A stretch of 64,000 bases of DNA from an uncultured Planctomycetales bacterium (GTDB taxonomy: Bacteria > Planctomycetota > Phycisphaerae > UBA1845 > JAFGLZ01), in contig CAZUQM010000008.1 in the NCBI GenBank assembly GCA_964622545.1, forward strand, positions 11,215 to 75,214, written 5' to 3'. Below are positions 36,875 to 47,337 of this stretch, piece after piece. The stretch's first letter is position 1, and each line of letters starts with the position of its first letter. Under the pieces are notes generated by a model. The model was given only the letters and a program-made list of their open reading frames with translations. It did no database searches and had not been told where the DNA came from. Position numbers and translations under genes: made by a program.

Positions 36875-38659
36875 TTAGTCTTTCCTGGTCAGCTTCACCT
36901 GGCGCAAATCCATGACCTGCTTGCCGGGCTTCGACAGGGCCCGCACGATCAGCTTGCCGCGTTCCTTCGGCAGCTCGATCACGCCAAGCTCGAGGGCCTT
37001 GAACGGCTTCTCATGCGACTCGGTCCGTTCGACGTAATCCGGGCTGGGAATCAGCGGGGGATCATAGGCCTCCGTGATCTTACCCCGCAGCGAACGACCC
37101 TCAAAGGCGACCTCGATCTCCGTGCCGACCGCATCGGCCGGGCACGTGTACCACAGCTCGACCTCGTAGCGTCCCGGCTTGTCGACCGCGATGTCCCAGG
37201 ACACGTAGGCTTTCGGATCCTGCCAGGTCGTCACCCACGAGCAGTTCGGGTGCCGCGAGCTGAACGTCAGGCCCTTGCCGCGAAAGACGCATTCCTGGGC
37301 CGGAAGGATCGTCACCGGATAGCCGCCGAAGCCGACGGGGTACGGCGGGCTGGGCCACGCGTCGGGGATGACCTCCTCGCGATGCCTGCGAATCGCGGCC
37401 ACGAGCCGGCGATGCACGTCCGGCTTGGCCTTGGCGATGTTCTTGCGCTGGCCCGGATCGTGGACCAGATCGTAGAGGGCCTTCTCGTCGGCGCGGTACT
37501 GCTGCGTCCGCACCGTGATCCGCCGGCGCCAACTGGTGAAGATCATCCGATCGGGCCAGCCGCCGGCGTCGCCCTTGAGCAACGGCCGGACGCTCACGCC
37601 GTCCAGGGGCTTGCACCGGCTCGTCGACACGCCGGCCAGGTCAGCCAGCGTCGGCAGGATGTCGATGTGGCTGGCGATCTGTCGGATGGTCGCACCGGCC
37701 TGGACGTGCCCGGGCCAGCGGATCAGAAACGGCACGCGGACGCCGCCCTCTTGCACCGAGCCCTTGCGACCCAGCATGCCGTCGTTCCACCGCCACGAGT
37801 TCGGTCCGTTGTCAGAGAAGTAGATGACGATCGTATCCTTGGCGATGCCCAGCTCCTCAAGGCGTTTGAGCATGCGTCCCACGTTCCAGTCGATGTTCTC
37901 GCACATGGCCAGGGCTGCGCGGGTCGCGTCGAGGTTCTCCTTCTTCGGGTCGCGGTGGCGCATCGTGATGTCGCGCTTGGCGAGCCGGTCCCAATACGCC
38001 TTGGGGACCTGAAACGGCGAGTGCGGCGTGTTGTAGGCCAGGTAGCAGAGGAACGGCCTGCTCTGGTTGGCCGTCATGTACTCCATGGCCTTGTTCGTCA
38101 GGACGTCGTTGATGTAGCCCTTGGTGCCGACGACCTTGCCGTTGTGCTCGAGCGTGGTGTCGAAGTAGTTGCTCCAGTGGCCGCAGCAGAAGCCGTAGAA
38201 CTCGTCGAAGCCGCGGGCGTTGGGGTGGTACGGGTGCTGTGAGCCGTTGTGCCATTTCCCGAAGCAGGCCGTCGCATACCCGGCGGCCTTGAAGACGTCC
38301 CCGAGCGTGACCTCCGACGGGGCCATCCGTTCCTGGCCGCGGCTCGTGCCGTGGATGCCGCTGCGGGGATGGTATCGCCCGGTCAGCAGGCTGGCCCGGG
38401 TCGGCGAGCAGACGGGTGAGACGAAGAACCGGTCGAACCGCGCCCCGTCCCGGGCGAGCGAGTCGATGTGCGGCGTGCGGATGTTCGTGTTGCCGTGCAC
38501 GCTGAGATCGCCCCAGCCCTGGTCGTCGGTCAGGATGATCAGGATGCTGGGCTTGGCCTGGGCGGCAGGCGCGATCCGTGCACTCATGCCCAGCAGGAGT
38601 GCCGCGCCAAGGATCACCGCGGAGCCTCCAAGATCGTACCGACTTCGATTGCGCGTCAT
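36875..38659 (-). CDS. Arylsulfatase (formylglycine-dependent)
   Basis: TDDQG, CSPTRASLLTGRY, GKWH, SDNG, EGGVRVP. Confidence 0.95.
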   Translation of the reverse strand: MTRNRSRYDLGGSAVILGAALLLGMSARIAPAAQAKPSILIILTDDQGWGDLSVHGNTNIRTPHIDSLARDGARFDRFFVSPVCSPTRASLLTGRYHPRSGIHGTSRGQERMAPSEVTLGDVFKAAGYATACFGKWHNGSQHPYHPNARGFDEFYGFCCGHWSNYFDTTLEHNGKVVGTKGYINDVLTNKAMEYMTANQSRPFLCYLAYNTPHSPFQVPKAYWDRLAKRDITMRHRDPKKENLDATRAALAMCENIDWNVGRMLKRLEELGIAKDTIVIYFSDNGPNSWRWNDGMLGRKGSVQEGGVRVPFLIRWPGHVQAGATIRQIASHIDILPTLADLAGVSTSRCKPLDGVSVRPLLKGDAGGWPDRMIFTSWRRRITVRTQQYRADEKALYDLVHDPGQRKNIAKAKPDVHRRLVAAIRRHREEVIPDAWPSPPYPVGFGGYPVTILPAQECVFRGKGLTFSSRHPNCSWVTTWQDPKAYVSWDIAVDKPGRYEVELWYTCPADAVGTEIEVAFEGRSLRGKITEAYDPPLIPSPDYVERTESHEKPFKALELGVIELPKERGKLIVRALSKPGKQVMDLRQVKLTRKD

Positions 38660-38729
38660 GGTCGATTACCTTTCTCGAAGCGCCGTGGACGGGTTCTGGT
38701 CCCGGCCCGCGGCTCGTCGTATCGATTCT

Positions 38730-39932
38730 TCAGTACCTACCACAATCGAACGCCGCCTGATACATCGCGGCCATGTTGGCCCAGGGCACGTTCGGCGGCA
38801 CGTTGTTCGCCTCTCGCAGCATGAACCGTCCGCCGTCCATGACGCCGCTGGTCAGGATGGTCCGGGCCCGGTCATAGACGTCTTGCGGCGTGCCGCTCAT
38901 CATCAGGGCGACCTCGACGCCGCCCCAGATCTCCACGTCCGGTCCGAGCGTCCGCCGAAGTCCCGCGAAATCCACGGGGAACCCCGTGTCGAAGCTCGTG
39001 ACGCCCAGCTCATCCTTGAGCAGCGGGAAGAACCGCGTCGCGTCGCCGCACAGGTGGATCGAGCGTCGGCCGAACTCCGTGCCCGTCGCCTCATACCAGC
39101 AGCGATGATGCGGCAGGACCATCTCGCGATAGAGATCCTCGCTGATCAGCGCGATCGAATCGTCGGCGAACCAGGGCGGCTCGTCCGGCAGGTTGAAGCG
39201 GTCGATGAAGGCCTGCCGTCGCTTGATACCGGCCTCGATGAGAAACCCGATCAGCTCGTTGGCGTAGTCGGGATCATCCAGCATGTCCATCAGGATGCCG
39301 TGCCCGCGGATGCTCATGGCGACCGTCAGAGGCCCGTCGGTGCCGAACAGAGGCGGGTCGATCACGATCGGGCGTTCGAGGAACGTATGCCCGGCCGCGA
39401 CCTCGCTCATGCGGTCGTAGAACTCGACGGCCGTGCTGAACGGCGGGCGATCCAACGGTCGGTCGATGTCGACGTCGAAGATCGCTCGCTTGGTATCGTC
39501 GGTCAGGATCGGACGCGTGTCGGGCACCTCGCCCTGGGGGTATTCCACCTGGCAGCCGAAGAACCACGCCTCGTAGACGTTCTGGAAGTGGCTGGCCACG
39601 TGCCAGGCCTCGGGCAGCTCGGCGTCGTAGTCGCACCAGTGGTGGTGCCGCTGTCGGAGGACGTACTGATGCCACAGTCCGGCGCGGAGCATCGCGGCCG
39701 GCTCGGCGAAGACCTCACGATACGTCAGGCCCAGGTCGGGGATGCGGCGGTCCAGCAGGGCCACCCGGTTGTTCGTGACGAGCGTGACCGGCACGCGGGT
39801 CGGCCGGCCGGCGTGGTAGGCGTCCCAGACGGCGTGCTTCTCGGCGTCCGAGGGGCGAGGCGGCGCGAACGGACCGAGCGCGTCGGGCTCCACCTCGGGC
39901 AGCGTCCAGGCCGGATCAAACAGGTCGGTCAT
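38730..39932 (-). CDS. Uroporphyrinogen decarboxylase / MtaA-CmuA superfamily protein
   Basis: GPLTVA..IRG, DMLDDP, FADD, IHLCG, C-terminal N..AM. Confidence 0.8.
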   Translation of the reverse strand: MTDLFDPAWTLPEVEPDALGPFAPPRPSDAEKHAVWDAYHAGRPTRVPVTLVTNNRVALLDRRIPDLGLTYREVFAEPAAMLRAGLWHQYVLRQRHHHWCDYDAELPEAWHVASHFQNVYEAWFFGCQVEYPQGEVPDTRPILTDDTKRAIFDVDIDRPLDRPPFSTAVEFYDRMSEVAAGHTFLERPIVIDPPLFGTDGPLTVAMSIRGHGILMDMLDDPDYANELIGFLIEAGIKRRQAFIDRFNLPDEPPWFADDSIALISEDLYREMVLPHHRCWYEATGTEFGRRSIHLCGDATRFFPLLKDELGVTSFDTGFPVDFAGLRRTLGPDVEIWGGVEVALMMSGTPQDVYDRARTILTSGVMDGGRFMLREANNVPPNVPWANMAAMYQAAFDCGRY

Positions 39933-40094
39933 TGTGCTCCCTTTTCGCGCGATGCGCCGGCGACGTCGGCGGACATTATAGTCGATCGCCGCGCGACGTG
40001 ACTTGGTCAGCCAATCGGGTTAGGGTGAACCTTTTCGCTCGGGCCGCGTCGGCCCGGGTAGGGACCTTCAATCTGTTGAGGCACCGAACCCACC

Positions 40095-40991
40095 ATGAAC
40101 ACCTACGTCGATTGCGTGCCTTGTTTCGTCCGCCAGGCCCTCGAGGCCGCCAGGATGGTGACCGCCGACGAATCGTTCCAAGAACGCATCATGCGCGACG
40201 CCCTTCGGCTGGCGGCCGACACGCCCTTCGAGCAGCCGCCCGTGCTCATCGGGGCCGCGATGCATCGCATGCTGCGGGAGATGACCGGCAACGACGACCC
40301 GTACCGTGCGGTCAAGGACGAATCGAACGCCCTGGCCCTGCGGTTGCTGCCGGAGTTGCGACAACGCGTCGAGGCGGCCGACGATCCGTTCGAGGTCGCA
40401 CTCCGCTTCGCGATGGCCGGCAACGTCATCGATTTCGGCCAGGGCACGCGCGTCACCGAGGAGATCGTGCTGGAAGCCCTCGAGCATGCGGCCAGTCAGC
40501 CCTTGCAGGCGGCATCGGTGAACGAGCTTCGCGACGCGGCCGCCGGCGCCTCGTCGGTCCTCTACCTGGCGGACAACGCGGGCGAGATCGTGCTCGATCG
40601 CCTCCTCATCGAACAGCTCGATACGTCGAAGGTGACGTTGGCCGTCCGCGGCGGCCCCGTCATCAACGACGCCACGCGCGCGGACGCCCTCACGGCGGGA
40701 TTGGACGAGTTGGTCGAAATCGTCGACAACGGTACGGACATACCGGGCACGGTGCTGGAGGCGTGCTCGCAGGACTTCCGGCGGCGCTTTGGCGAGGCGG
40801 GCATCGTCATCGCCAAGGGCCAGGGCAACTACGAGAGCCTTAGCCATGCCGAGCGCGACGTCTTCTTCCTGCTCAAGACGAAGTGCCCGGTCGTGGCTCG
40901 GGATCTCGGCTGCGAGATGGGGCATCTCGAGGTCCGGCGTAAGCCGGGCCGGCGCGGTGAGGGAACCACGCAGGCAGAGACGCGATGGTGA
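40095..40991 (+). CDS. DUF89 / ARMT1-like damage-control phosphatase
   Basis: DCVPC, DPY..K..SN, AGNVIDFG, DNAGEIVLD, INDAT, KGQGNYES, KTKC. Confidence 0.92.
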   Translation: MNTYVDCVPCFVRQALEAARMVTADESFQERIMRDALRLAADTPFEQPPVLIGAAMHRMLREMTGNDDPYRAVKDESNALALRLLPELRQRVEAADDPFEVALRFAMAGNVIDFGQGTRVTEEIVLEALEHAASQPLQAASVNELRDAAAGASSVLYLADNAGEIVLDRLLIEQLDTSKVTLAVRGGPVINDATRADALTAGLDELVEIVDNGTDIPGTVLEACSQDFRRRFGEAGIVIAKGQGNYESLSHAERDVFFLLKTKCPVVARDLGCEMGHLEVRRKPGRRGEGTTQAETRW

Positions 40992-41264
40992 CCCAGCGCG
41001 AGCGCGAATGGGCGACTGGTCCATTATCGCGGCGTCCACGGTTGAGGACCTTGACACGGCTTACGTCATGGGAGACGCGACCGTGAGGGAGCGTTGTCGT
41101 TGAGACGTGATGCCGAAGAGGGCGCGCAGCACGCTTGTCTGCCTGACGATGTCGACGCAAGATGGCGGACGGTCGGACCTAAGAAGAGCGGAGTTCCGTT
41201 TTCGGCCGTCGTCCGCTGTGCGGCCTTCCACGACGGAAAGTGACCACACCAGGAGACCATCACC

Positions 41265-42104
41265 ATGATCGACTCACTCCACATCACCGTTCTGGTCGAG
41301 AACACGGCCGCGGCTCGCGGCGTCCTGGCCGAACACGGTTTCGCCCTCTGGATCGAGGCCGCGGATCGGCGCATCCTCTTCGACACCGGTCAGGGCATGG
41401 CGCTGCAGCACAACGCCGAGGTGCTCGGCGTCGATCTGGCGACCGCGACGGACGTGGTGCTCAGCCACGGACATTTCGACCACACGGGCGGACTACCCGC
41501 CCTGCTCGACAAGCTGGGTGGTGCTCGCGTCGTCGCGCACCCGGACTGCTTCGTGGAACGTTACAGCCGGGGACCCGACGGCAAGGCCCGGCCCGTCGGG
41601 TCGCCCATCACGGACCCGAAGGTCGTGCGTCAACAGGCCGGCGATCTCGTCATGACCGAGGGGCGTACGGACCTGGCCGACGGCATCTGGCTGACCGGGC
41701 CTATCCCGCGCAACACCGACTTCGAGGACACGGGCGGGGCGTTCTTCCTGGACGAAGGGTGCGCCACGCCCGACACGCTGAAGGACGACCAGGCGCTGGT
41801 GGTCGGAACTGGCCAAGGGCTGGTGGTCGTGCTAGGCTGTGCCCATTCCGGCCTGGTCAATACGCTGGATCACGTTGCCCGGCAGGCCCCCGGCGAGTCG
41901 CTCCATGCCGTTCTGGGCGGCATGCACCTGCTGACGGCCTCCGACGACCGACTTGGACGAACGATCGAGGCGCTGGAGCGACGTGGCGTGCAGCGCGTCG
42001 GGCCGGCACACTGCACGGGGCGACGTGCATCCAACGCCTTGTGGGAGCGTTTCGGGCAGGCCGGGTTGTCGTGCCATGCCGGTACGCGAATCGTTTTGGG
42101 CTAG
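41265..42104 (+). CDS. MBL-fold metallo-hydrolase (COG1237-type)
   Basis: EHGF, FDTGQ, SHGHFDHTGG, GCAHSG, GGMHL, HCTG. Confidence 0.92.
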   Translation: MIDSLHITVLVENTAAARGVLAEHGFALWIEAADRRILFDTGQGMALQHNAEVLGVDLATATDVVLSHGHFDHTGGLPALLDKLGGARVVAHPDCFVERYSRGPDGKARPVGSPITDPKVVRQQAGDLVMTEGRTDLADGIWLTGPIPRNTDFEDTGGAFFLDEGCATPDTLKDDQALVVGTGQGLVVVLGCAHSGLVNTLDHVARQAPGESLHAVLGGMHLLTASDDRLGRTIEALERRGVQRVGPAHCTGRRASNALWERFGQAGLSCHAGTRIVLG

Positions 42105-42125
42105 AGCCATTTGTGGATGGAGCAC

Positions 42126-42905
42126 ATGCCAGACTTCGACGACATCAAGATCACGCGAGCCATCACCAACGCCTATCACGAGAAGTTCTCGAGCTGCATC
42201 GTCAGCGACGTCATCATCGTCGGCGCGGGTCCCTCGGGCCTGGCCGCCGCCTACACGATGGCCTCGGAGGGCTTGTCCGTCACGATCGTCGAGCGCAAGC
42301 TCGCCCCGGGCGGCGGCATCTGGGGCGGCGGCATGGCCATGAACGACGTGGTCGTGCAGCAGGAGGCCCTGCCCATCCTCGACGAGGTGGGCGTTCGCAC
42401 CGATCGACGGCAGGACGGCCTGCCCGTGGTGGACGCAGTCGAGATGGCCGCGGCCCTCTCGCTGAAGGCCATCCAGGCTGGCGCGACGATCCTCAACCTC
42501 GTGACGATGGAGGACGTGCTGATCTATGAAGGGCGCGTCTGCGGGCTGGTCGTCAACCGGACGGGCATCTCGAACGTCATGCACGTCGATCCGGTGACGC
42601 TGCAGTCCAAGGCCGTCATCGACGGTACGGGTCATGACGCCAGCGTCGTGGCCAAGCTCCGCAAGCGCGGCCTGCTCGAGGGTATCGAGCGCGTCGTCCA
42701 GACGGGCGAGGGCGCCATGGACGCCGCGGCCGGCGAGGCCTTCGTCGTCGAGCACACCGACGAGGTCTTCCCCGGCCTCTACGTGATGGGTATGAGCGTC
42801 TGCGCGACCTACGGTGGGCCACGGATGGGGCCCATCTTCGGCGGCATGCTTCTGTCGGGCAGGAAGGTGGCCGAGCTCATCCTGGCGAAGCTGAAGGGGG
42901 GCTGA
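42126..42905 (+). CDS. thi4: Sulfide-dependent (non-Cys) thiazole synthase
   Basis: GAGPSGL, GGGIWGGGM, HVDP in place of CMDP, DGTGHD, PRMGPIFGGMLLSG. Confidence 0.92.
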   Translation: MPDFDDIKITRAITNAYHEKFSSCIVSDVIIVGAGPSGLAAAYTMASEGLSVTIVERKLAPGGGIWGGGMAMNDVVVQQEALPILDEVGVRTDRRQDGLPVVDAVEMAAALSLKAIQAGATILNLVTMEDVLIYEGRVCGLVVNRTGISNVMHVDPVTLQSKAVIDGTGHDASVVAKLRKRGLLEGIERVVQTGEGAMDAAAGEAFVVEHTDEVFPGLYVMGMSVCATYGGPRMGPIFGGMLLSGRKVAELILAKLKGG

Positions 42906-42958
42906 CCTCCCCAGACATCCCGAGCCGACCGGAGCGTTCTATCGAGGAAGCCATCGCG

Positions 42959-45106
42959 ATGAACATGCATTGGGTGGATTGGACGATTCTTGCGGCCCTC
43001 GTGGTGTTCGTGACCGTCATGGCCGTGCGGACGACGCAATACACCCGCAGCGTCGCGGACTTCCTCGCCGGCAACCGATGCGTGGGCAAGTACCTCCTGG
43101 GCGTGGGCGACGGCATCGCCGGGCTCGGCGCCATCTCCATCGTCGCCTTCTTCGAGATGTACTACAAGGCGGGTTTCACCGGCTTCTGGTGGAACATGCT
43201 GCTGCTGATCATGTACACGGTCGTCGGGCTGACCGGGTGGGTGCAGTACCGCTTCCGGCAGACCCGCGCGATGACGATGGCGCAGTTCTTCGAGATGCGG
43301 TACAGCCGCAGTTTTCGCATCGCCGCCGGCCTGCTGGGGTGGCTCTCGGGCGTGATCAACTTCGGCATCTTCCCCGCCGTCGGCGCGAGGTTCTTCCAGT
43401 ACTACTGCGGCCTGCCGAGCCACATGGTCGACGTCGGCGGGACGGAGGTCGACCTCGTCTACGCGGGCATCATGTTCGCGCTGTTGGGCCTCTCGCTGGC
43501 GTTCACGTTCATGGGCGGGCAGATCGCGGTGGTCATCACCGACTTCTTCCAGGGCATGTTCTGCAACTTCGTCTTCGTGTTCATCTCGGTCTTCCTGCTG
43601 ATCCAGTTCACCTGGCCGACGATCAGCGAGGCCGTCGTGCAGGCCCCGCCGACCGCCTCGCTCATCAATCCGCTGAAGAACGCCGACGTCGACAACTTCA
43701 ACGCGACGTACTATCTGATCCAGGCCTTCGCGATCGTCTTTACGTGGATGGCGTGGCAAGGCAACCAGGGCTACTTCGGCGCGGCCAAGAGCCCCCACGA
43801 CGCCAAGATGGGACGCGTCATCGGCGGCGTGCGGTACATCGTGCAGACGCCGATGCTGGTGATCGTGCCGGTCTGCGCGTACACGGTGCTGCACCACCCG
43901 GATTTCGCCTCCAGCGCGGCGGCCATCGAGGAGACCCTCGGCGGGATCCCGAACGAGCAGCTCCAGAGCCAGCTTCGCGTCAGCGTGTCGATGGCGGAGT
44001 TCCTTCCGGTCGGGCTGCTCGGGGCCTTCGCGGCCGTCATGTTCGCCGCGTTCGTCTCGACGCACGACACCTACCTGCATTCCTGGGGCACGATCTTCAT
44101 CCAGGACGTGTTCATGCCGATCCGGCACACCCTTCGCGGCACGAGCACGCCCATGGCCCCGCGGGCGCACCTCTGGCTGCTGCGGTGGTCGATCTTCGGC
44201 GTGGCCGTCTTCATCTTCATCTTCAGCCTGTTCTTCCAGCAGCGGCAGGACATCCTGATGTTCTTCGCCCTGACGGGGACGATCTACCTCGGCTGGGCGG
44301 GCACGGCCATCGTCGGCGGGCTCTATTGGCGCTACGGCACGACGGCGGGCGTGTGGGCGTCGATGATCGTCGGTGTAATCCTGGCCTTCGGCGGCTGGTG
44401 CGCGGTCTATCAGTACGAGGCGCTGCAGGCGTTTCTGAACGCGACCGTTCCCGGGCTATGGCAGTGGGCGCGACAGACCTGGCCCGCCCTTCAGGCCGAG
44501 GAGTTTCCGCTGAACGCACAGGTCATGTTCTTCTGGACGATGATCGGCTCGTGGATCGCCTACGTCGTCGTCTCGGTGATCAGCGGACGCGGCCGGGCGT
44601 TCGATCTCGACCGCATGCTGCATCGCGACCGACCGGAGGTGACCGCCACGGCCGACGCGCCGGTCCCGACAGGCCTGGGCGACGCCGACCCGCTGCTGGC
44701 CAAGGCGCCCCCCGAGGCCAGACCCAGCCTGCTCCGTCGCGTCCGAAAGGCCGTCAAGCTCGGCGACGAGTATAGCCTCGACGACAAGTTGCTCTATCTC
44801 CTCGCGTACGGCTACATCGTCCTGCTCGCCGGCGTGTTCCTCATCGGCACGACCATCGCGCTCTTCGTGGACTTCTCGAACGAGGCCTGGCTGGCGTTCT
44901 GGCGGTTCTTCATGTGGCTGATGATCTCCATCTGCGCCGTCGTGGTGGTCTGGTTCGCCATCGGGGGCATCCGCGACGTCGGCGAGCTCTTCCGCCTGTT
45001 GCGGACCGTGGAGCGCGACGCCCGGGACGACGGCACCGTGGTCGGCAACGTCAACCTCGATGAGGTGGCCGCGTCCGAGTCGGACGCACCGCGCGAGACG
45101 GGTTAG
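42959..45106 (+). CDS. Sodium:solute symporter family transporter
   Basis: DW.I, DFLAGNR, TMAQFFEMRYS, GGQIAVVITD, AAFVST; many TM segments. Confidence 0.9.
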   Translation: MNMHWVDWTILAALVVFVTVMAVRTTQYTRSVADFLAGNRCVGKYLLGVGDGIAGLGAISIVAFFEMYYKAGFTGFWWNMLLLIMYTVVGLTGWVQYRFRQTRAMTMAQFFEMRYSRSFRIAAGLLGWLSGVINFGIFPAVGARFFQYYCGLPSHMVDVGGTEVDLVYAGIMFALLGLSLAFTFMGGQIAVVITDFFQGMFCNFVFVFISVFLLIQFTWPTISEAVVQAPPTASLINPLKNADVDNFNATYYLIQAFAIVFTWMAWQGNQGYFGAAKSPHDAKMGRVIGGVRYIVQTPMLVIVPVCAYTVLHHPDFASSAAAIEETLGGIPNEQLQSQLRVSVSMAEFLPVGLLGAFAAVMFAAFVSTHDTYLHSWGTIFIQDVFMPIRHTLRGTSTPMAPRAHLWLLRWSIFGVAVFIFIFSLFFQQRQDILMFFALTGTIYLGWAGTAIVGGLYWRYGTTAGVWASMIVGVILAFGGWCAVYQYEALQAFLNATVPGLWQWARQTWPALQAEEFPLNAQVMFFWTMIGSWIAYVVVSVISGRGRAFDLDRMLHRDRPEVTATADAPVPTGLGDADPLLAKAPPEARPSLLRRVRKAVKLGDEYSLDDKLLYLLAYGYIVLLAGVFLIGTTIALFVDFSNEAWLAFWRFFMWLMISICAVVVVWFAIGGIRDVGELFRLLRTVERDARDDGTVVGNVNLDEVAASESDAPRETG

Positions 45107-45114
45107 GTCCCCTG

Positions 45115-47337
45115 TCACATTCCGTCCCCCGCGGCGGCCTTCGCGAAGCGCACCGCGTCCAGCCAGGTGGGTCCGGCTCGTTGGGGGCGAAGGTAGACCG
45201 GAGCGGCGGTCACCGGGATGCGTCGCGGCCTCTTGCCGGCCTTGAGCCGCCGGCCGAAGAGGTCGTAGGCGTCGATCGTCGGCGGCACCACGGCTACCAT
45301 CCGGGATGCGTCCCCGCCGACGGTGGTCGCCCAGATCGCCGCCAGGGGCTTGCCAGGTTCGTCGAAGACCAGGCAGCGGATCCCCTGCTTGGCGGTGTGC
45401 TCGTGCCGGAAGCGGGCGTCGGCGAGATGCCACTCGAGACCGCGCAGGGCCGCGACCTCGATCGGACATGCCAGGGGGGGACGGCCCGGAGCAGACGGTG
45501 CGATCGGCGGGACGAGCCAACGGCGCACCCCGTGTTTGGCCAGCAGGAGTGCCGTCTGGTGGATCAGCGCGGCGCGGTCGTCCCCCGACGCCTCCTCGGG
45601 CCAGGGCCAACGCGTGGTCATCGCCCAACGCGGGAGGTGAGGCTTATCGGCGCGAATGCATGCGCGGACGACGCCCGCCACAGTCCGGTCGATGAGCTCA
45701 GCCCAGGCTTGCCGGGTGTCCCGTGGTGGATCGCACCGAAGCACGATGCCGTCGGCAGCCTCCATGTCGGGTGATCTCAGCAGCGCGTCAGGATCGGCGT
45801 CATCGGAGTCGACGCCTGCCGTCGGCGCGAGGACGAGGATGCGCCCGGCCGCCGCTTCGTCTGGGAGACAGCGTCGCAGCGACCGCACGCGGTCGGCGCG
45901 GTCCGCGTCGACCCCGTCCACGAGCCAGAAGCGGATCTTGGGGGCGATCCCGCGGACGACATCGGCGAGGAGTGCGTCGCGGTCGTCTTCGCTCCGGGCG
46001 GACCCGGCGAGGTCCGAGGGTTGCGAGGCAGCAACGCCCGTATCGGGGGCGCGAGACCGCAGATGGACCACCGGCTCGCCGTTCAACGACGTTATGGCGT
46101 CGATAGGCTCGGACATATCCGCAGCGAGCTCCCTCGCCTGCTCGGTTGTGGTTGCCTTCACGGACACGGCGAGTCGGCAGAGGAACCGCCCGCCTCGCGT
46201 CGTCGGCTCGTCGGCCCCCTGCCCTTGCAGGGCTCGACCAGCCGTGTGGCGTGGTGGTTCGGACAGCCCGACGAAGCGGACGGCCGCGGGGTCCTCACGC
46301 CACGGGCACGGCAAGGCCGCGACCGCCGCGGCGCTCTGGCCGATCGGTTCGTCATCGATCAGCACGCGACATCGCAGCATGGCCCAGCCCGGCGGGGTCG
46401 GACCGAACGTGTGTCGGGCCTCGCTGACCTCGCCAGGGTCCAGAGGGAGCGGGCGCGAAGGATCGGTCCATGCGTCGGCTGAACCGGTTCCGCGCTCGAA
46501 GGAGACCCGCAGGCGCAGCGCACGACGCGTGTTGTTCCGCAGGCGAGACGTGGCCTTCATCGCGTCACCCGGTTGCAAGGCCCAGACCGTCCGCCCCAGA
46601 TCCTGCACGGGGCCGCCGGAGGCCGTGGTCAAGAGGGTGATGGGCTCGGCGGGCCGGTAGGCCGTCGCCTGCGGGCCGGCCTCGACCTGAACGGCGTCCA
46701 GATCGAGCCAGGTCGATCCGAGCGACACGCCCGAGGGACGAAATCGGTCGATCAACAGTCGGGGGCCCCATTGCAGGGCCTTGCGGGAGCCCCGCGCGGA
46801 GATCTCGAACGTCAACGCGTACCGCCACCAATCCTCGCCGACCGGAAAGGGCTCGTGCGCGACGACCGTACGGGCCCCGCGGAGCCGCCACCGCAGGCGG
46901 ATCGACTCGTCGTGGCCTCTTGCGTAGACGCTGATGGTGTACGTCCCGCTGCCCAGCAGCACGGGGGGCAGATCCAGGGCGAAGCGGGCGTCGCCGCGGG
47001 GCAGCTCGGCGCGGAGGGCGTGGCCACCGTGAACGGCCAGGCCGGCAGTGCGACCGAGCCGGACCGTCCGGACCTTGCTCAGGGCAGTCAAAGGTGAGTC
47101 CGAATCCAGCCCAACCAGGCGTGCGGCGTGGGTCGACAGCTCGAAGCTGGTGTCGCCGGCCATGAGGTTCGGGGAGTGGTATTGCAGTGTCGCCCCGTTT
47201 GCCTCGGAGAGCGGCTCCGAGTCGGGTCGGTCGGCCGCTTGCCCGGCCCGGCCGGCGTTATGCCTACCCGTCGTCGCGCAGCTCGCGGCCATGGCCGCCA
47301 CGACGGCTAGCAGAGATGTCAGGAGCGGGTTCCTCAT
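45115..47337 (-). CDS. Putative lipoprotein with CBM-like N-terminal domain and degenerate GH39-like barrel
   Basis: Lipobox AASC; NLMAGDTSFE, GTYTISVYARG, WWRYALTF, VQVEAGPQATAYRP; C-terminal AAIW...DLFGR...PVYL. Confidence 0.55.
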   Translation of the reverse strand: MRNPLLTSLLAVVAAMAASCATTGRHNAGRAGQAADRPDSEPLSEANGATLQYHSPNLMAGDTSFELSTHAARLVGLDSDSPLTALSKVRTVRLGRTAGLAVHGGHALRAELPRGDARFALDLPPVLLGSGTYTISVYARGHDESIRLRWRLRGARTVVAHEPFPVGEDWWRYALTFEISARGSRKALQWGPRLLIDRFRPSGVSLGSTWLDLDAVQVEAGPQATAYRPAEPITLLTTASGGPVQDLGRTVWALQPGDAMKATSRLRNNTRRALRLRVSFERGTGSADAWTDPSRPLPLDPGEVSEARHTFGPTPPGWAMLRCRVLIDDEPIGQSAAAVAALPCPWREDPAAVRFVGLSEPPRHTAGRALQGQGADEPTTRGGRFLCRLAVSVKATTTEQARELAADMSEPIDAITSLNGEPVVHLRSRAPDTGVAASQPSDLAGSARSEDDRDALLADVVRGIAPKIRFWLVDGVDADRADRVRSLRRCLPDEAAAGRILVLAPTAGVDSDDADPDALLRSPDMEAADGIVLRCDPPRDTRQAWAELIDRTVAGVVRACIRADKPHLPRWAMTTRWPWPEEASGDDRAALIHQTALLLAKHGVRRWLVPPIAPSAPGRPPLACPIEVAALRGLEWHLADARFRHEHTAKQGIRCLVFDEPGKPLAAIWATTVGGDASRMVAVVPPTIDAYDLFGRRLKAGKRPRRIPVTAAPVYLRPQRAGPTWLDAVRFAKAAAGDGM

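Noticed and set aside
40992-41264. Possible TPP riboswitch ahead of MBL-thi4
   Set aside because: No CTGAGA...ACCTGA core found on reading
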